From Candidatus Micrarchaeota archaeon (GTDB taxonomy: Archaea; Micrarchaeota; Micrarchaeia; Norongarragalinales; SBBD01): DNA of 64,000 bases. Under the pieces are notes generated by a model. It did not search any database, was not told the DNA's origin, and worked only from the letters and a program-made list of their open reading frames with translations. This document shows, piece after piece, positions 55,782-64,000 of this stretch. The DNA lies in the NCBI GenBank assembly GCA_018819225.1, contig JAHJQN010000005.1:1-64000 (forward strand). Direction: 5' to 3'. Positions within the stretch are counted from its first letter, which is position 1, and each line of letters begins with the position of its first letter. Position numbers and translations under genes: made by a program.

Positions 55782-58700
55782 CTATTGTGATGCGGTGGCG
55801 TTGTGAGTAATTTCCACCCACTCGGCCATGCCTCCGCTGACGCCGCTGAAATCAGCCCAGCACCATAACTGTTCCCCTTCGCCCGTTGGAACCGTCGTAT
55901 TCACGAGGAACGGATCCGCCGCACTCGTATTGGTATTAATGGTGTGAGAGCTTCCGTAACCTGCGCCGGAATTGTGACATTTGAGGGTCACCCCCGTTGG
56001 AGGCGTTGCATTCAAGTAAATACTCCAATTGAGATTTGCATCCCCCGTATTATTGAAAATAAAGAACGGATTATCATTGTTTTGACAATTCGCGGTATAT
56101 CCGACGCATGGATGCACCTCCGTTTGATCGCCCGTCAAACTCGTGAAGTTCATGTCCAAGGTAAATGCAGGCGTGTAGTTGATGTGCAAGGCTGGTTTAT
56201 TATTTAGTGAGTGGTTTGCAGAAGAGATCACAAAACGTTCTGTTCCTGAATCGGGCACAGATACCGCACCGAAGATGGAAATCCATTCCGGGTGATTCAA
56301 TATTTGGGCATGGGCGATCGCTGGATCCAACGTGAAGTTCTTGTAACCGGTACTCTCGAATAATGCGGCAGTGGAATTCCAGGTATTCGAAGCATCATTA
56401 GAATGCATGGCTTTACAAGATATTAACTGCACGCGACTGACAACATGACCACCCAAAAGTCCATTGTTTTCTCCTGGATTGGTAGCAGTGGAAACATATA
56501 ATTCTGCTAGAATTTCATTGAAAATAATTCCGGATCCATTCGTTAATCCGGTTTCAAAATCCATATGCCATTTTCCGGATGCCCCTATCCCAAGGGTTTG
56601 GTTGGCTTCAATCAATTCATCTCCTTCCGGCGTACAAGCCGCATTTCCTGCATTTCCATACTCTGCAATATCAAAACTGGGGTAAACCGCTATAGTTCGA
56701 GAATAGTTCGCAGTAGAACCAACGGCTCCCCTTCCGGGAATCGTTAACGTAAACGATGTGACGGCTGGCACGGTCCAAGGCATACGGATGTGCACCTCGC
56801 GGTTCGTGCTCAACGTGATGTTTCGAATCGATGAATTGTCGGTATAACCCGGCGAACTGGCATTGAAGTAATGAGGCGTGTAATCCGTTTGCGTGTTCGT
56901 TCCGTCCGGCGCGTTGACGATCGTAAAAGCAGTGAGGGTCTGCCAAGGAGTCATTCCGTTCGAGTCCGTGGTGATTCCCGTGAGCATTTCCGTGCCAGAC
57001 GTGTAATTGGTGATCGAAACCGTGGCGCCGTTCATGGGATCGTCGGTCACGTTGGTGACATTCACCAACAAAAACCATTGCCGCGTGTAATTGTTTTCAT
57101 TTCCCCCGAACGTGACCAGGAGGTCATCAAACGAACTGTTGCGGAACACGTGGCCTTGCGAACCGCTGGAGAGGAATAAATCCTTGTTCTGCGTGTCACG
57201 GATGGTGTTGTTGATCCACAGGCTGTTGTTGGAGGCCACGATATGGATGCTGTTGTTGGAATGGTTTTGAATCGTGTTGTTCGTGAAATTGTTGAAATCG
57301 GAGTTGATGATCCTCACGCCCCGCGGTCCTCCCGTAAAGTTGTTGTTCTCGACGACGTGGTCGGTACGCGTTCCCGCAGAAACGGACCAAATACCTAATG
57401 CTTCCCCGTAACCGTCGCCATTATCTTTCATTTCCTCCACTGTATTGTTCCGAACGACGCACCACGCATTGTCGCCGGTCCCCTCGTAACCCAGCGCCAT
57501 GCCGTACGGAGACTGGTTGACGTAATTGTTTTCTATCGTGCAGTTATCGGAGTGGCCGTAGAAGAGGACGGAAAAATCAGCTCCTGACGGCGTGTGAACC
57601 GTGTTGTTTCGGAAAATGGTGTTGTTGGACGAGTCCTTGATTTGGATGGCTCCATAACCCTGCGTGCTGAAATTGTTGTTTCGGATGGTCGTATCGTATG
57701 CGAACGAAGCCAATACGCCATGCCGATATCCGTAAAAGGAACAGTTCGCGACGTCGGTTTCGTTAAAGTTTGTAATCGATACATGCGTTCCAACGCGTCC
57801 TACTCGGCTGATCGTATGGCCGTCGCAGTCGAGCGTCAACGTATTTGCCGCGATGGTGAAACAGGATCCGGGGGGGGCCGTCAGGTCGTTGTTCAACAAG
57901 ACGCTTTGTTTAATGGTTCCGCAACTCCCGTTTACAATCGCCGTAAAATTGTTTTTGTCAGTATCCGTTAAACCCCACTCGTCGGATCCGATGCAATTCC
58001 AGATGTATTTATTCGGAGGCAACCCAAAAACATTAAACGCGGTATTCGTCGCATTCTGTAAACCCGTAGCGCTCGTATTCGAGAAGTTGGCGGCCCAAAC
58101 TCCGGAAAAGTTGCCCCATAACGTTAGATTTTGAGGAGTTCCGGTGTCCACATCGATACTGCAGTTGAACGTAACCATCGCTTGGGCACTGCTGGAAACC
58201 GTGGTATTATCGGTCGCAGGACTAATCAATACCACGTCAGGGGGCTCGGAGTAATTGACATATAGATAAACCTGCGATAACGCATCTTGGGAAGAGATGG
58301 GATCCCGATCCTTACGATCTTCATCCTTGATGCCAAATCCGAAGAAATTAGTTCCAAGTCCATTTTCCATGTCCGTATGAGCTGCGTCTATAAGGGTATA
58401 ATTCGTCCACTGTAACCCTGGAACCGAAGCCACTCCGGTATGATAAATAGTCGAAGAATTCACGTAATCCCACGGCGAATCCGAACTACCGCAGGAAAAA
58501 CTGGATAACGGTTTGTTGATCGCGCGAATGGTATGGTTACTCGCATGAACAGTATTCCAGTACAACGAAGCCGTGATGTTGAAAATTTGTGCAGTACCTG
58601 GAATGCTGGTGGTGTCCCAGTCAATTGCAGGCCGGTAATCAATATCGTTATAATAGGTTGCAGTCGCATTCGTGCACGAAGTACTCGTAAGATTTCCTAC

Positions 58701-60341
58701 GATAAGAGAAAAAGCGCTGTCGACAGCACAACCGTAATAATTGTCGACAGTCGTACAACCAATACCCGAATAATTTATGGTGCGCCAGAACGTGGTATCG
58801 TTATTGTTTTCAGCAGCGGCATATCGCACAAACGGATCCAAGAATAACTGTTTGCCTTGCAAATTGGAGATGCGCAGCTCCGTTTGATTCGTCATCGAGA
58901 GCGAAAAGCCTTCCTCAATCAAGTCGTTGAAATCCAAAACGATATCGCCCGGTAACATGATGGAATGATCCTCGACGTAAACCGTGCTCCAATCCATTTC
59001 ATCCGATGAGAGCCGTAATCCGATGGACTGAATCTTGTCGTGAATGGGTTGCGGCGAATCCCGGAAATCCAAAGCGAACTTCGGATGTTTTTCGTTGCGC
59101 ACCTGACCGCGGAAGTTAACCCCTAATCCCTGCTTGATTTCGTGAACGCTTTGATCGCGATTCTCGAATACGATGAAGGGATCCAGTTTCACCGTGTAAT
59201 TGGGGGCTTGCAGTTGGAAGTGCGGGTTTTCCCACGTAAACGAAATGTATTCGTTGAAGCCCATCCACTTTCCGAAGAAGAACACGTTGACGGGTTTCTG
59301 ATACAAAATCGCGGTCTTGTATCCGTTGCCGCTTTCGATCACGTCCGCTTTCGCGCCAACGGCTTTCCCCGTCACCGGCAAGTCGGATTCGAATAATTTG
59401 ACTCCGCGCGGTTCAATTAATGCGGGAACAAGTGTGGGCATAGGAGTGGCATTTGCGGTGGGCGACGCGCTAACAGATGGCGTGGGGGTCATCGTGGCGT
59501 TCGGGGTTGGAGTCATGGTCGCGTTTGGAGTCGGCGTGGGAGCCGGTGTGGAAAACGAATACCCGTCTTCCCGCGAGCAGTTTTCAGAATTACAGCTTTC
59601 AACTGAGAAGAAATACTGCGTGGATGCCAGGAGACTGGAAAGGGTTAGCGAATGCGTTTGCACGAGCGAGGAATCCGATTCAATGAGACTGAGATCGATG
59701 TCTTGACCGTAATAGACCGTGGAATTCGCGGGCTGGTCGGTATCCCAGGAGATGAGCGCGCTGCTGGTTTGGGGTTCTGCAGTCACATTATCGATGATGG
59801 GAAAATCAGGGTAAGGCGTTGCCGTAGGCGTTGGAGTCGGAGTCGCTTCCAATTCGCAGGCGGTAGCGCAACACGTGCCGGAGTCGGAAGCATTGAGCCA
59901 TTGATCGCCAGGACAAATTTCTCCCTCTAAACAAATCGTTCCGTTTTGTTCCGCGCAAGTCGGTTCAGGGGTCGGAGTCGGTTCTTCCGTGGGAGTAGGT
60001 GTCGGGGATTCGCAGGCAACCGCACAACACAAACCGGTATCCGAAGCGTTGAGCCATTGATCGCCAGGACAAATTTCTTCCTCAGAACAAACGAACCCTC
60101 CTTGTTCCGCGCACGTGGGATCGGGAGTGGGCGTGGGCGCTTCAGTTGCAGTAGGAGTAGGGGTTTCCGTTGGAGTCGGCGTAGGAGTAGCAGTAGGAGT
60201 AGGCGTTTCCGTTGGAGAAGGAGTAGGGGTGGGCGTAGGATCGTCGGCCCCGGCAACCGCAGCCAGTAAAAAGACAATAACCACTAACAATCCAATGTTC
60301 GCGAGCAGGAAACTCCCACGGAAACGGGAGGGAAACGGCAT
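55782..60341 (-). CDS. 1519-aa multidomain secreted adhesin-like protein (PT linkers, Cys repeats, FN3-like, DNRLRE-like, beta-helix, C-terminal subunit-like domain)
   Basis: Signal peptide; WDTDQPANSTVYYG FN3-like motif; LDCDGH and NN repeats; no C-terminal TM. Confidence 0.9.
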   Translation of the reverse strand: MPFPSRFRGSFLLANIGLLVVIVFLLAAVAGADDPTPTPTPSPTETPTPTATPTPTPTETPTPTATEAPTPTPDPTCAEQGGFVCSEEEICPGDQWLNASDTGLCCAVACESPTPTPTEEPTPTPEPTCAEQNGTICLEGEICPGDQWLNASDSGTCCATACELEATPTPTPTATPYPDFPIIDNVTAEPQTSSALISWDTDQPANSTVYYGQDIDLSLIESDSSLVQTHSLTLSSLLASTQYFFSVESCNSENCSREDGYSFSTPAPTPTPNATMTPTPNATMTPTPSVSASPTANATPMPTLVPALIEPRGVKLFESDLPVTGKAVGAKADVIESGNGYKTAILYQKPVNVFFFGKWMGFNEYISFTWENPHFQLQAPNYTVKLDPFIVFENRDQSVHEIKQGLGVNFRGQVRNEKHPKFALDFRDSPQPIHDKIQSIGLRLSSDEMDWSTVYVEDHSIMLPGDIVLDFNDLIEEGFSLSMTNQTELRISNLQGKQLFLDPFVRYAAAENNNDTTFWRTINYSGIGCTTVDNYYGCAVDSAFSLIVGNLTSTSCTNATATYYNDIDYRPAIDWDTTSIPGTAQIFNITASLYWNTVHASNHTIRAINKPLSSFSCGSSDSPWDYVNSSTIYHTGVASVPGLQWTNYTLIDAAHTDMENGLGTNFFGFGIKDEDRKDRDPISSQDALSQVYLYVNYSEPPDVVLISPATDNTTVSSSAQAMVTFNCSIDVDTGTPQNLTLWGNFSGVWAANFSNTSATGLQNATNTAFNVFGLPPNKYIWNCIGSDEWGLTDTDKNNFTAIVNGSCGTIKQSVLLNNDLTAPPGSCFTIAANTLTLDCDGHTISRVGRVGTHVSITNFNETDVANCSFYGYRHGVLASFAYDTTIRNNNFSTQGYGAIQIKDSSNNTIFRNNTVHTPSGADFSVLFYGHSDNCTIENNYVNQSPYGMALGYEGTGDNAWCVVRNNTVEEMKDNGDGYGEALGIWSVSAGTRTDHVVENNNFTGGPRGVRIINSDFNNFTNNTIQNHSNNSIHIVASNNSLWINNTIRDTQNKDLFLSSGSQGHVFRNSSFDDLLVTFGGNENNYTRQWFLLVNVTNVTDDPMNGATVSITNYTSGTEMLTGITTDSNGMTPWQTLTAFTIVNAPDGTNTQTDYTPHYFNASSPGYTDNSSIRNITLSTNREVHIRMPWTVPAVTSFTLTIPGRGAVGSTANYSRTIAVYPSFDIAEYGNAGNAACTPEGDELIEANQTLGIGASGKWHMDFETGLTNGSGIIFNEILAELYVSTATNPGENNGLLGGHVVSRVQLISCKAMHSNDASNTWNSTAALFESTGYKNFTLDPAIAHAQILNHPEWISIFGAVSVPDSGTERFVISSANHSLNNKPALHINYTPAFTLDMNFTSLTGDQTEVHPCVGYTANCQNNDNPFFIFNNTGDANLNWSIYLNATPPTGVTLKCHNSGAGYGSSHTINTNTSAADPFLVNTTVPTGEGEQLWCWADFSGVSGGMAEWVEITHNATASQ
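59854..60120 (-). repeat. Two intragenic copies of a 37-aa six-Cys module
   Basis: PTCAEQ.G..C...EICPGDQWLNASD.G.CCA.ACE occurs twice; ttgagccattgatcgccaggacaaatttct is identical in both copies. Confidence 0.9.
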
Positions 60342-60527
60342 GCGCGTATTACAGCGAAGTCATATTAAACCTTTTACAGAACCGGCGGGAAAAGAAACGC
60401 AAGTCTTTTAAAGCAGAAAGCGCATTGAAAGTGTTCCTTTGGGGAGTAAGCCGGTGCGGCTTGAGAACCAATTCAACTTGTTCTTGATTTCCTCATCGAT
60501 TGCGCATTCATTATCAGGTCATAGTTT

Positions 60528-60833
60528 ATGGACGTCAACAAATCCCTTCGATTGGTCGTGGATACGGGCAAAGTCGTGCTGGGCACGGACCGCGCCATGA
60601 AAACGGCGTTGCTGGGAAACGCGAAATTGATCGTGATTGCAAGTAATATGGCGAGGGATTCGCGACGCGATCTCGAGCAATACTGTAGGCTCGCCGGCAT
60701 TCCGACCATGGAATTCAATGGGACGAGCATCGAACTCGGAACCGTTTGCGGGAAACCGTTCCCGATTTCTGCATTGACGGTTCTCGAGGAAGGGGAATCC
60801 GGTATCTTGAAGGAGAGAGGCGACGCGTCATGA
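60528..60833 (+). CDS. rpl30e: 50S ribosomal protein eL30
   Basis: TGKVVLG and ELGTVCGKPF motifs. Confidence 0.97.
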   Translation: MDVNKSLRLVVDTGKVVLGTDRAMKTALLGNAKLIVIASNMARDSRRDLEQYCRLAGIPTMEFNGTSIELGTVCGKPFPISALTVLEEGESGILKERGDAS

Positions 60834-61258
60834 CGAAGCTCAGCATGGAAGACATTCAGAAAATGAACGCGATGGAGCAGATAACGGGAGCGAAAGCGCA
60901 AGACGTCGTGGACTTGCCGGACCGCATCATATTCATTGTTCCCAAGCAGGATTTGGGCAAGGCCATAGGAAAAGGCGGAAGTAACGTGTCTCGTTTGAAG
61001 CAAGGCCTCGGCAAACCCGTGGAAATCGTGGAAGCCGCCGACGAAGAAAAAGCGTTTTTTGCCGCGTTGTTTAAACCCGCGGTGGTTGATGATTATAGCG
61101 TGAATGAAAACGATGGCAAGCGTTCGTTGGACGTGCGCGTTCAGAACAAGGAGAGGGGCATTGCCATAGGACGAAATGGGGAAAAAATCAAGCGAGCGAA
61201 ATTGCTTGGAAAACGTTACTACGGATATGAAGACGTGCGCATCGTGACGCGAGGGTGA
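60830..61258 (+). CDS. nusA: Archaeal NusA
   Basis: Two KH motifs, AIGKGG and AIGRNG; ATGA overlap with rpl30e. Confidence 0.95.
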   Translation: MTKLSMEDIQKMNAMEQITGAKAQDVVDLPDRIIFIVPKQDLGKAIGKGGSNVSRLKQGLGKPVEIVEAADEEKAFFAALFKPAVVDDYSVNENDGKRSLDVRVQNKERGIAIGRNGEKIKRAKLLGKRYYGYEDVRIVTRG

Positions 61259-61262
61259 AAGC

Positions 61263-61691
61263 ATGGCAAGAGGAGAATTTGCTGGAAGGATTCTGAAATC
61301 GCGCCGCAAGCAAGCGCGGTGGTTGCGAAAGAAGTGGAAGCGCAAGGCATTGGGCTTGAAATTCAAGTTCGATCCGTTGGAAGGCGCGCCCCTCGCTAAA
61401 GGAATTGTTTTGAAAAAGGAAGGCAAGGAGCAGAAGCAACCGCACTCGGGAATCGTGAAAACCGTTAAAGTTCAATTGATCAAGAACGGAAAGAAAGTGG
61501 GCGCGCATTGTCCGCGCGACAAAGCCATTAATTTCATCGACGAGCACGACGAAGTGACGATTGCGGGGCTCGGCGGATCGCAGAGAGGTCAGATGGGTTC
61601 GATTCCGGGCATTCGGTATAAAGTCGTCGCCGTAAACGGGATTTCGCTCGACGAACTGCGCAAGGGCAAGAAAGAGAAGCCGAAGAGGTAG
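61263..61691 (+). CDS. rps12: 30S ribosomal protein uS12
   Basis: [14 protein letters not shown] and IPGIRYKV motifs. Confidence 0.97.
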   Translation: MARGEFAGRILKSRRKQARWLRKKWKRKALGLKFKFDPLEGAPLAKGIVLKKEGKEQKQPHSGIVKTVKVQLIKNGKKVGAHCPRDKAINFIDEHDEVTIAGLGGSQRGQMGSIPGIRYKVVAVNGISLDELRKGKKEKPKR

Positions 61692-61697
61692 AGAGGC

Positions 61698-62306
61698 ATG
61701 AACCCAGACGTCAAACTGTTCGGAAAATACGATTTCAACGTGCAAGTGCAGGACGTGAGTCTCGCGAAGTACATTAGCCTGAAGCCGGTGCGCTACCCGC
61801 ATACGTTCGCCCGTCACGGAAACAAGCAATTCGCGAAAGGAAAAGTCAATCTCGTGGAACGCTTGGTGAACAAGCTGATGCGCGGCGGAACCGGAGAAAA
61901 AATGGGGGGGAAAATCATTCGCACGCACGGTAAATTGCAGGGCAAGAAGACGCGCATGATCAAAACCGTGGAGAAAGCGTTCGCGGAAGTGCAAAAGCGC
62001 ACGAAACAGAATCCCGTGCAAGTGCTCGTTCAAGCCGTCGAAAACTCGGCACCGCGGGAAGATATTACGCGCGTGCGGTTCGGAGGAATTAGTTACCAGC
62101 TCGCCGTCGACATTTCAGCCCAACGCCGGTTGGATTTATCGCTTCGAAATATTGCGTTAGCGGCGATCATCAGCTCGTTCAAGAACCCGTTGACGCTCAC
62201 CGAAGCGCTTACGAACGAAATCGTGTTGGCAGCCACCAATGATCCCAACTCGTTCTCGATCAAGCGCAAGAACGAAGTCGAACGGGTCTCGCGAAGCGCG
62301 CGTTAA
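61698..62306 (+). CDS. rps7: 30S ribosomal protein uS7
   Basis: VERLVNKLM, NSAPRED and ERVSRSAR motifs. Confidence 0.97.
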   Translation: MNPDVKLFGKYDFNVQVQDVSLAKYISLKPVRYPHTFARHGNKQFAKGKVNLVERLVNKLMRGGTGEKMGGKIIRTHGKLQGKKTRMIKTVEKAFAEVQKRTKQNPVQVLVQAVENSAPREDITRVRFGGISYQLAVDISAQRRLDLSLRNIALAAIISSFKNPLTLTEALTNEIVLAATNDPNSFSIKRKNEVERVSRSAR

Positions 62307-62914
62307 TTGGCCTGCGCCCGCACCACGTAGCGCCCGCGGCGCTCAATTTCATCGAGGCGACCGAGCACCAGCCTGCACTTCTTTCGCGTCTTGCAATAAC
62401 CCGTTCGAAGGGCCGCGAACTGAAGAGGGGTTGAAGACTTTTTGAAGAGCAGTAAATCCGTGGCTTGATCCTCCAAACTCGCGGAAAAACGGCCTAACCC
62501 GAAATCAATGAACGCCATTTCCGATGAATACAATACGATCACGTTCGAGGTCGTGAAATCACCGTGCACGATTCCGTGGTCATGCAATAAAGCCAACGAT
62601 TGCCCTAGCTGTTCCAGCCGTTTTCGAGGAAGGGCGTGCGTTTTCAAATACGGGGCCAGCAAGGTTCCCCGGAGTTCTTCGAGAACGAGTTCGTGTTTCC
62701 CGCGACGCGCGCCTAATATCAAGGGACAGCGCACCCCCGCTTGCTTCGCGGCGGACAGGAGACGGGCTTCGTTTCGCGTGCGCGACGTCCGAATGGCTTG
62801 GTCGAGAGCCGGGACGCGGTAGTGTTTCCTCACACGGCGTTTGCAGAGCGCCTGCCGAGAGTGGAAACGAATCCGATACAATTCCGCTTCCGCGCCTTTA
62901 GCGACCCATTTCAT
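62303..62914 (-). CDS. bud32: KEOPS kinase Bud32 (standalone)
   Basis: KGAEA, K.R..K.YR, HGDFTTSN, IDFGL and RGRY motifs. Confidence 0.93.
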   Translation of the reverse strand: MKWVAKGAEAELYRIRFHSRQALCKRRVRKHYRVPALDQAIRTSRTRNEARLLSAAKQAGVRCPLILGARRGKHELVLEELRGTLLAPYLKTHALPRKRLEQLGQSLALLHDHGIVHGDFTTSNVIVLYSSEMAFIDFGLGRFSASLEDQATDLLLFKKSSTPLQFAALRTGYCKTRKKCRLVLGRLDEIERRGRYVVRAQAN

Positions 62915-62925
62915 CAAATCACGAA

Positions 62926-63363
62926 TTAAATGTCGAGAAGGATGCGAATGCGCCAGCGTCCGTTGGCTTGATGTTCGACGAGGGTTTGGTGGTGCGTCAC
63001 CGCTTTCACGTGCATTTCTCCTTTTTCCGGCGAATACGGTTCGCCGCGGGCCTCGCCAACGAGACGAAAACCGTGTTCCGTTTTCTGGAATTGTCGGACG
63101 TGAAAGCTCTTGAAAAACAGTTCGGAGGAATCGCTCTCGGATAAGACATCCGACAGAACGAAATTAGTGAGTTCTTCCAGCGATTCGGCTTCCGCCCGCA
63201 CCTCGAAACGATGGGATTCCTGCAAATCGTCGACGTGAGCGATCGTGGAAAACAAGGCGAGCGCGGCATGAGAAAGCGTTTCCTCGTACGTGGAACCGAA
63301 CGCCTCGAACAGGACATCCGCCGTATGATCCAAAAAACGGTATTTATCTCCGAGGACCAGCAT
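62926..63363 (-). CDS. Archease
   Basis: LDHTADV, VKAVTHH and C-terminal LDI. Confidence 0.93.
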   Translation of the reverse strand: MLVLGDKYRFLDHTADVLFEAFGSTYEETLSHAALALFSTIAHVDDLQESHRFEVRAEAESLEELTNFVLSDVLSESDSSELFFKSFHVRQFQKTEHGFRLVGEARGEPYSPEKGEMHVKAVTHHQTLVEHQANGRWRIRILLDI

Positions 63364-63417
63364 TTCCGAACACCATACCCATACGCTATAATAACTGCAA
63401 GGAACTAAAGCATTAAA

Positions 63418-63798
63418 ATGGTGTCTTCGAAAGGCGCTGCATACGAAAGGCAGCTCAAAAAAATGTTGGAAGGGAAAGGCTTTTTCGTGATTCGATCCGC
63501 AGGAAGCGGCGTGGACTCGACGTCGCCTGACTTGCTCGCGCTTTCTTCCGCGAAACGAATGGCGATCGAGTGCAAGGCCCGGAATTCCGGGTACGTTTGG
63601 ATTGAAGCCACTCGCATGCGGCGCATGAACGCCTTCGAGGAAAAAACCGCGATTCCGTACTATGTTGCGTGGAAGGTGGCGCGGGAGGAATGGCGGTTCT
63701 TTCCGCTGATCGCCCTCCGAGAAACGGCGAAAGCCTTCGTGATAGAGGAAAAGGACTTGCACAGCGGACTTTCTCTCGAGCAATTACTGAACCGCTAA
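63418..63798 (+). CDS. hjc: Holliday junction resolvase Hjc
   Basis: KG..YER.L...L...GF.VIRSAGSG, PDLLA and IECK motifs. Confidence 0.93.
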   Translation: MVSSKGAAYERQLKKMLEGKGFFVIRSAGSGVDSTSPDLLALSSAKRMAIECKARNSGYVWIEATRMRRMNAFEEKTAIPYYVAWKVAREEWRFFPLIALRETAKAFVIEEKDLHSGLSLEQLLNR

Positions 63799-64000
63799 TG
63801 GATGTAGCTTAACACGTCTTTCTTAGGGGTTTCCGGAATCGCGAAGCCTGCCTGTTCTTCTTTGCGGGCCTGCAATTCGATTTTCTTGAGAAAGTGCTCC
63901 GCTTTCTCGGCCTTTCCGCGAAGCGTCTTCGTATCGATGCGGTCGCCGAGCATCTTGGAGATCAAATCCAGGAGAACCGAAGCGCCGGTGGCGTCAATGG
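63795..64000 (-). CDS. Proteasome assembly chaperone (PAC2) family protein, 3' part
   Basis: Manual translation IDATGASVLLDLISKMLGDRIDTKTL...DVLSYIH*; begins outside the window. Confidence 0.75.
   Translation of the reverse strand, partial: IDATGASVLLDLISKMLGDRIDTKTLRGKAEKAEHFLKKIELQARKEEQAGFAIPETPKKDVLSYIH

Noticed and set aside
60115-60240. Short tandem repeats resembling a CRISPR array or VNTR
   Set aside because: They encode Pro-Thr linkers. No repeat-spacer array or cas gene is present in the window.
9248-60341. Diversity-generating retroelement acting on the surface proteins
   Set aside because: No reverse transcriptase in the window, and no template/variable repeat pair differing only at adenines was seen.
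60473-62033. 317-aa and 281-aa minus-strand ORFs
   Set aside because: Antisense to rpl30e, nusA, rps12 and rps7.
63364-63783. Long N-terminal extension of archease
   Set aside because: Antisense to hjc; archease starts at 63363.

Overview
Archaeal chromosomal segment, about 50-55% GC by eye. The gene content (archaeal r-proteins, Rpo3/Rpo10, FtsZ/SepF, giant Cys-rich surface proteins, intron-laden tRNAs) suggests a DPANN archaeon, most likely Micrarchaeota; this assignment is inference. Positions ~2.3-12.5 kb form an accessory island at the 3' end of an intron-containing tRNA-Met. It has three degenerate copies of the tRNA 3' end that separate cargo modules: an ACR3 arsenite pump, a small membrane protein, and an 8-kb block with an AbiE toxin-antitoxin pair, an IS630/PD-(D/E)XK chimera and two surface proteins. 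No integrase is visible. The rest is mostly core genome: tmk, folD, suhB, sepF, nadAB, ftsZ, pyrBI, rtcB, transaldolase, the S13-S4-S11-Rpo3-L18e-L13-S9-Rpo10 operon, L15e/Rpp30, L30e-NusA-S12-S7, Bud32, archease and Hjc, interspersed with very large secreted proteins. Highlights: (1) all four tRNA genes carry introns, two of them at T-loop position 59/60, and tRNA-Ser has two introns; (2) a tRNA-fragment-delimited cassette array; (3) a candidate filament/pilus-like operon at 51.5-60.3 kb, where a small secreted subunit is clearly homologous to the C-terminal domain of a 1519-aa adhesin; (4) a cluster of three hydrophobic micro-ORFs; (5) a PAP2-phosphatase/polyprenol-kinase fusion. All family calls come from manual motif recognition, not database searches.
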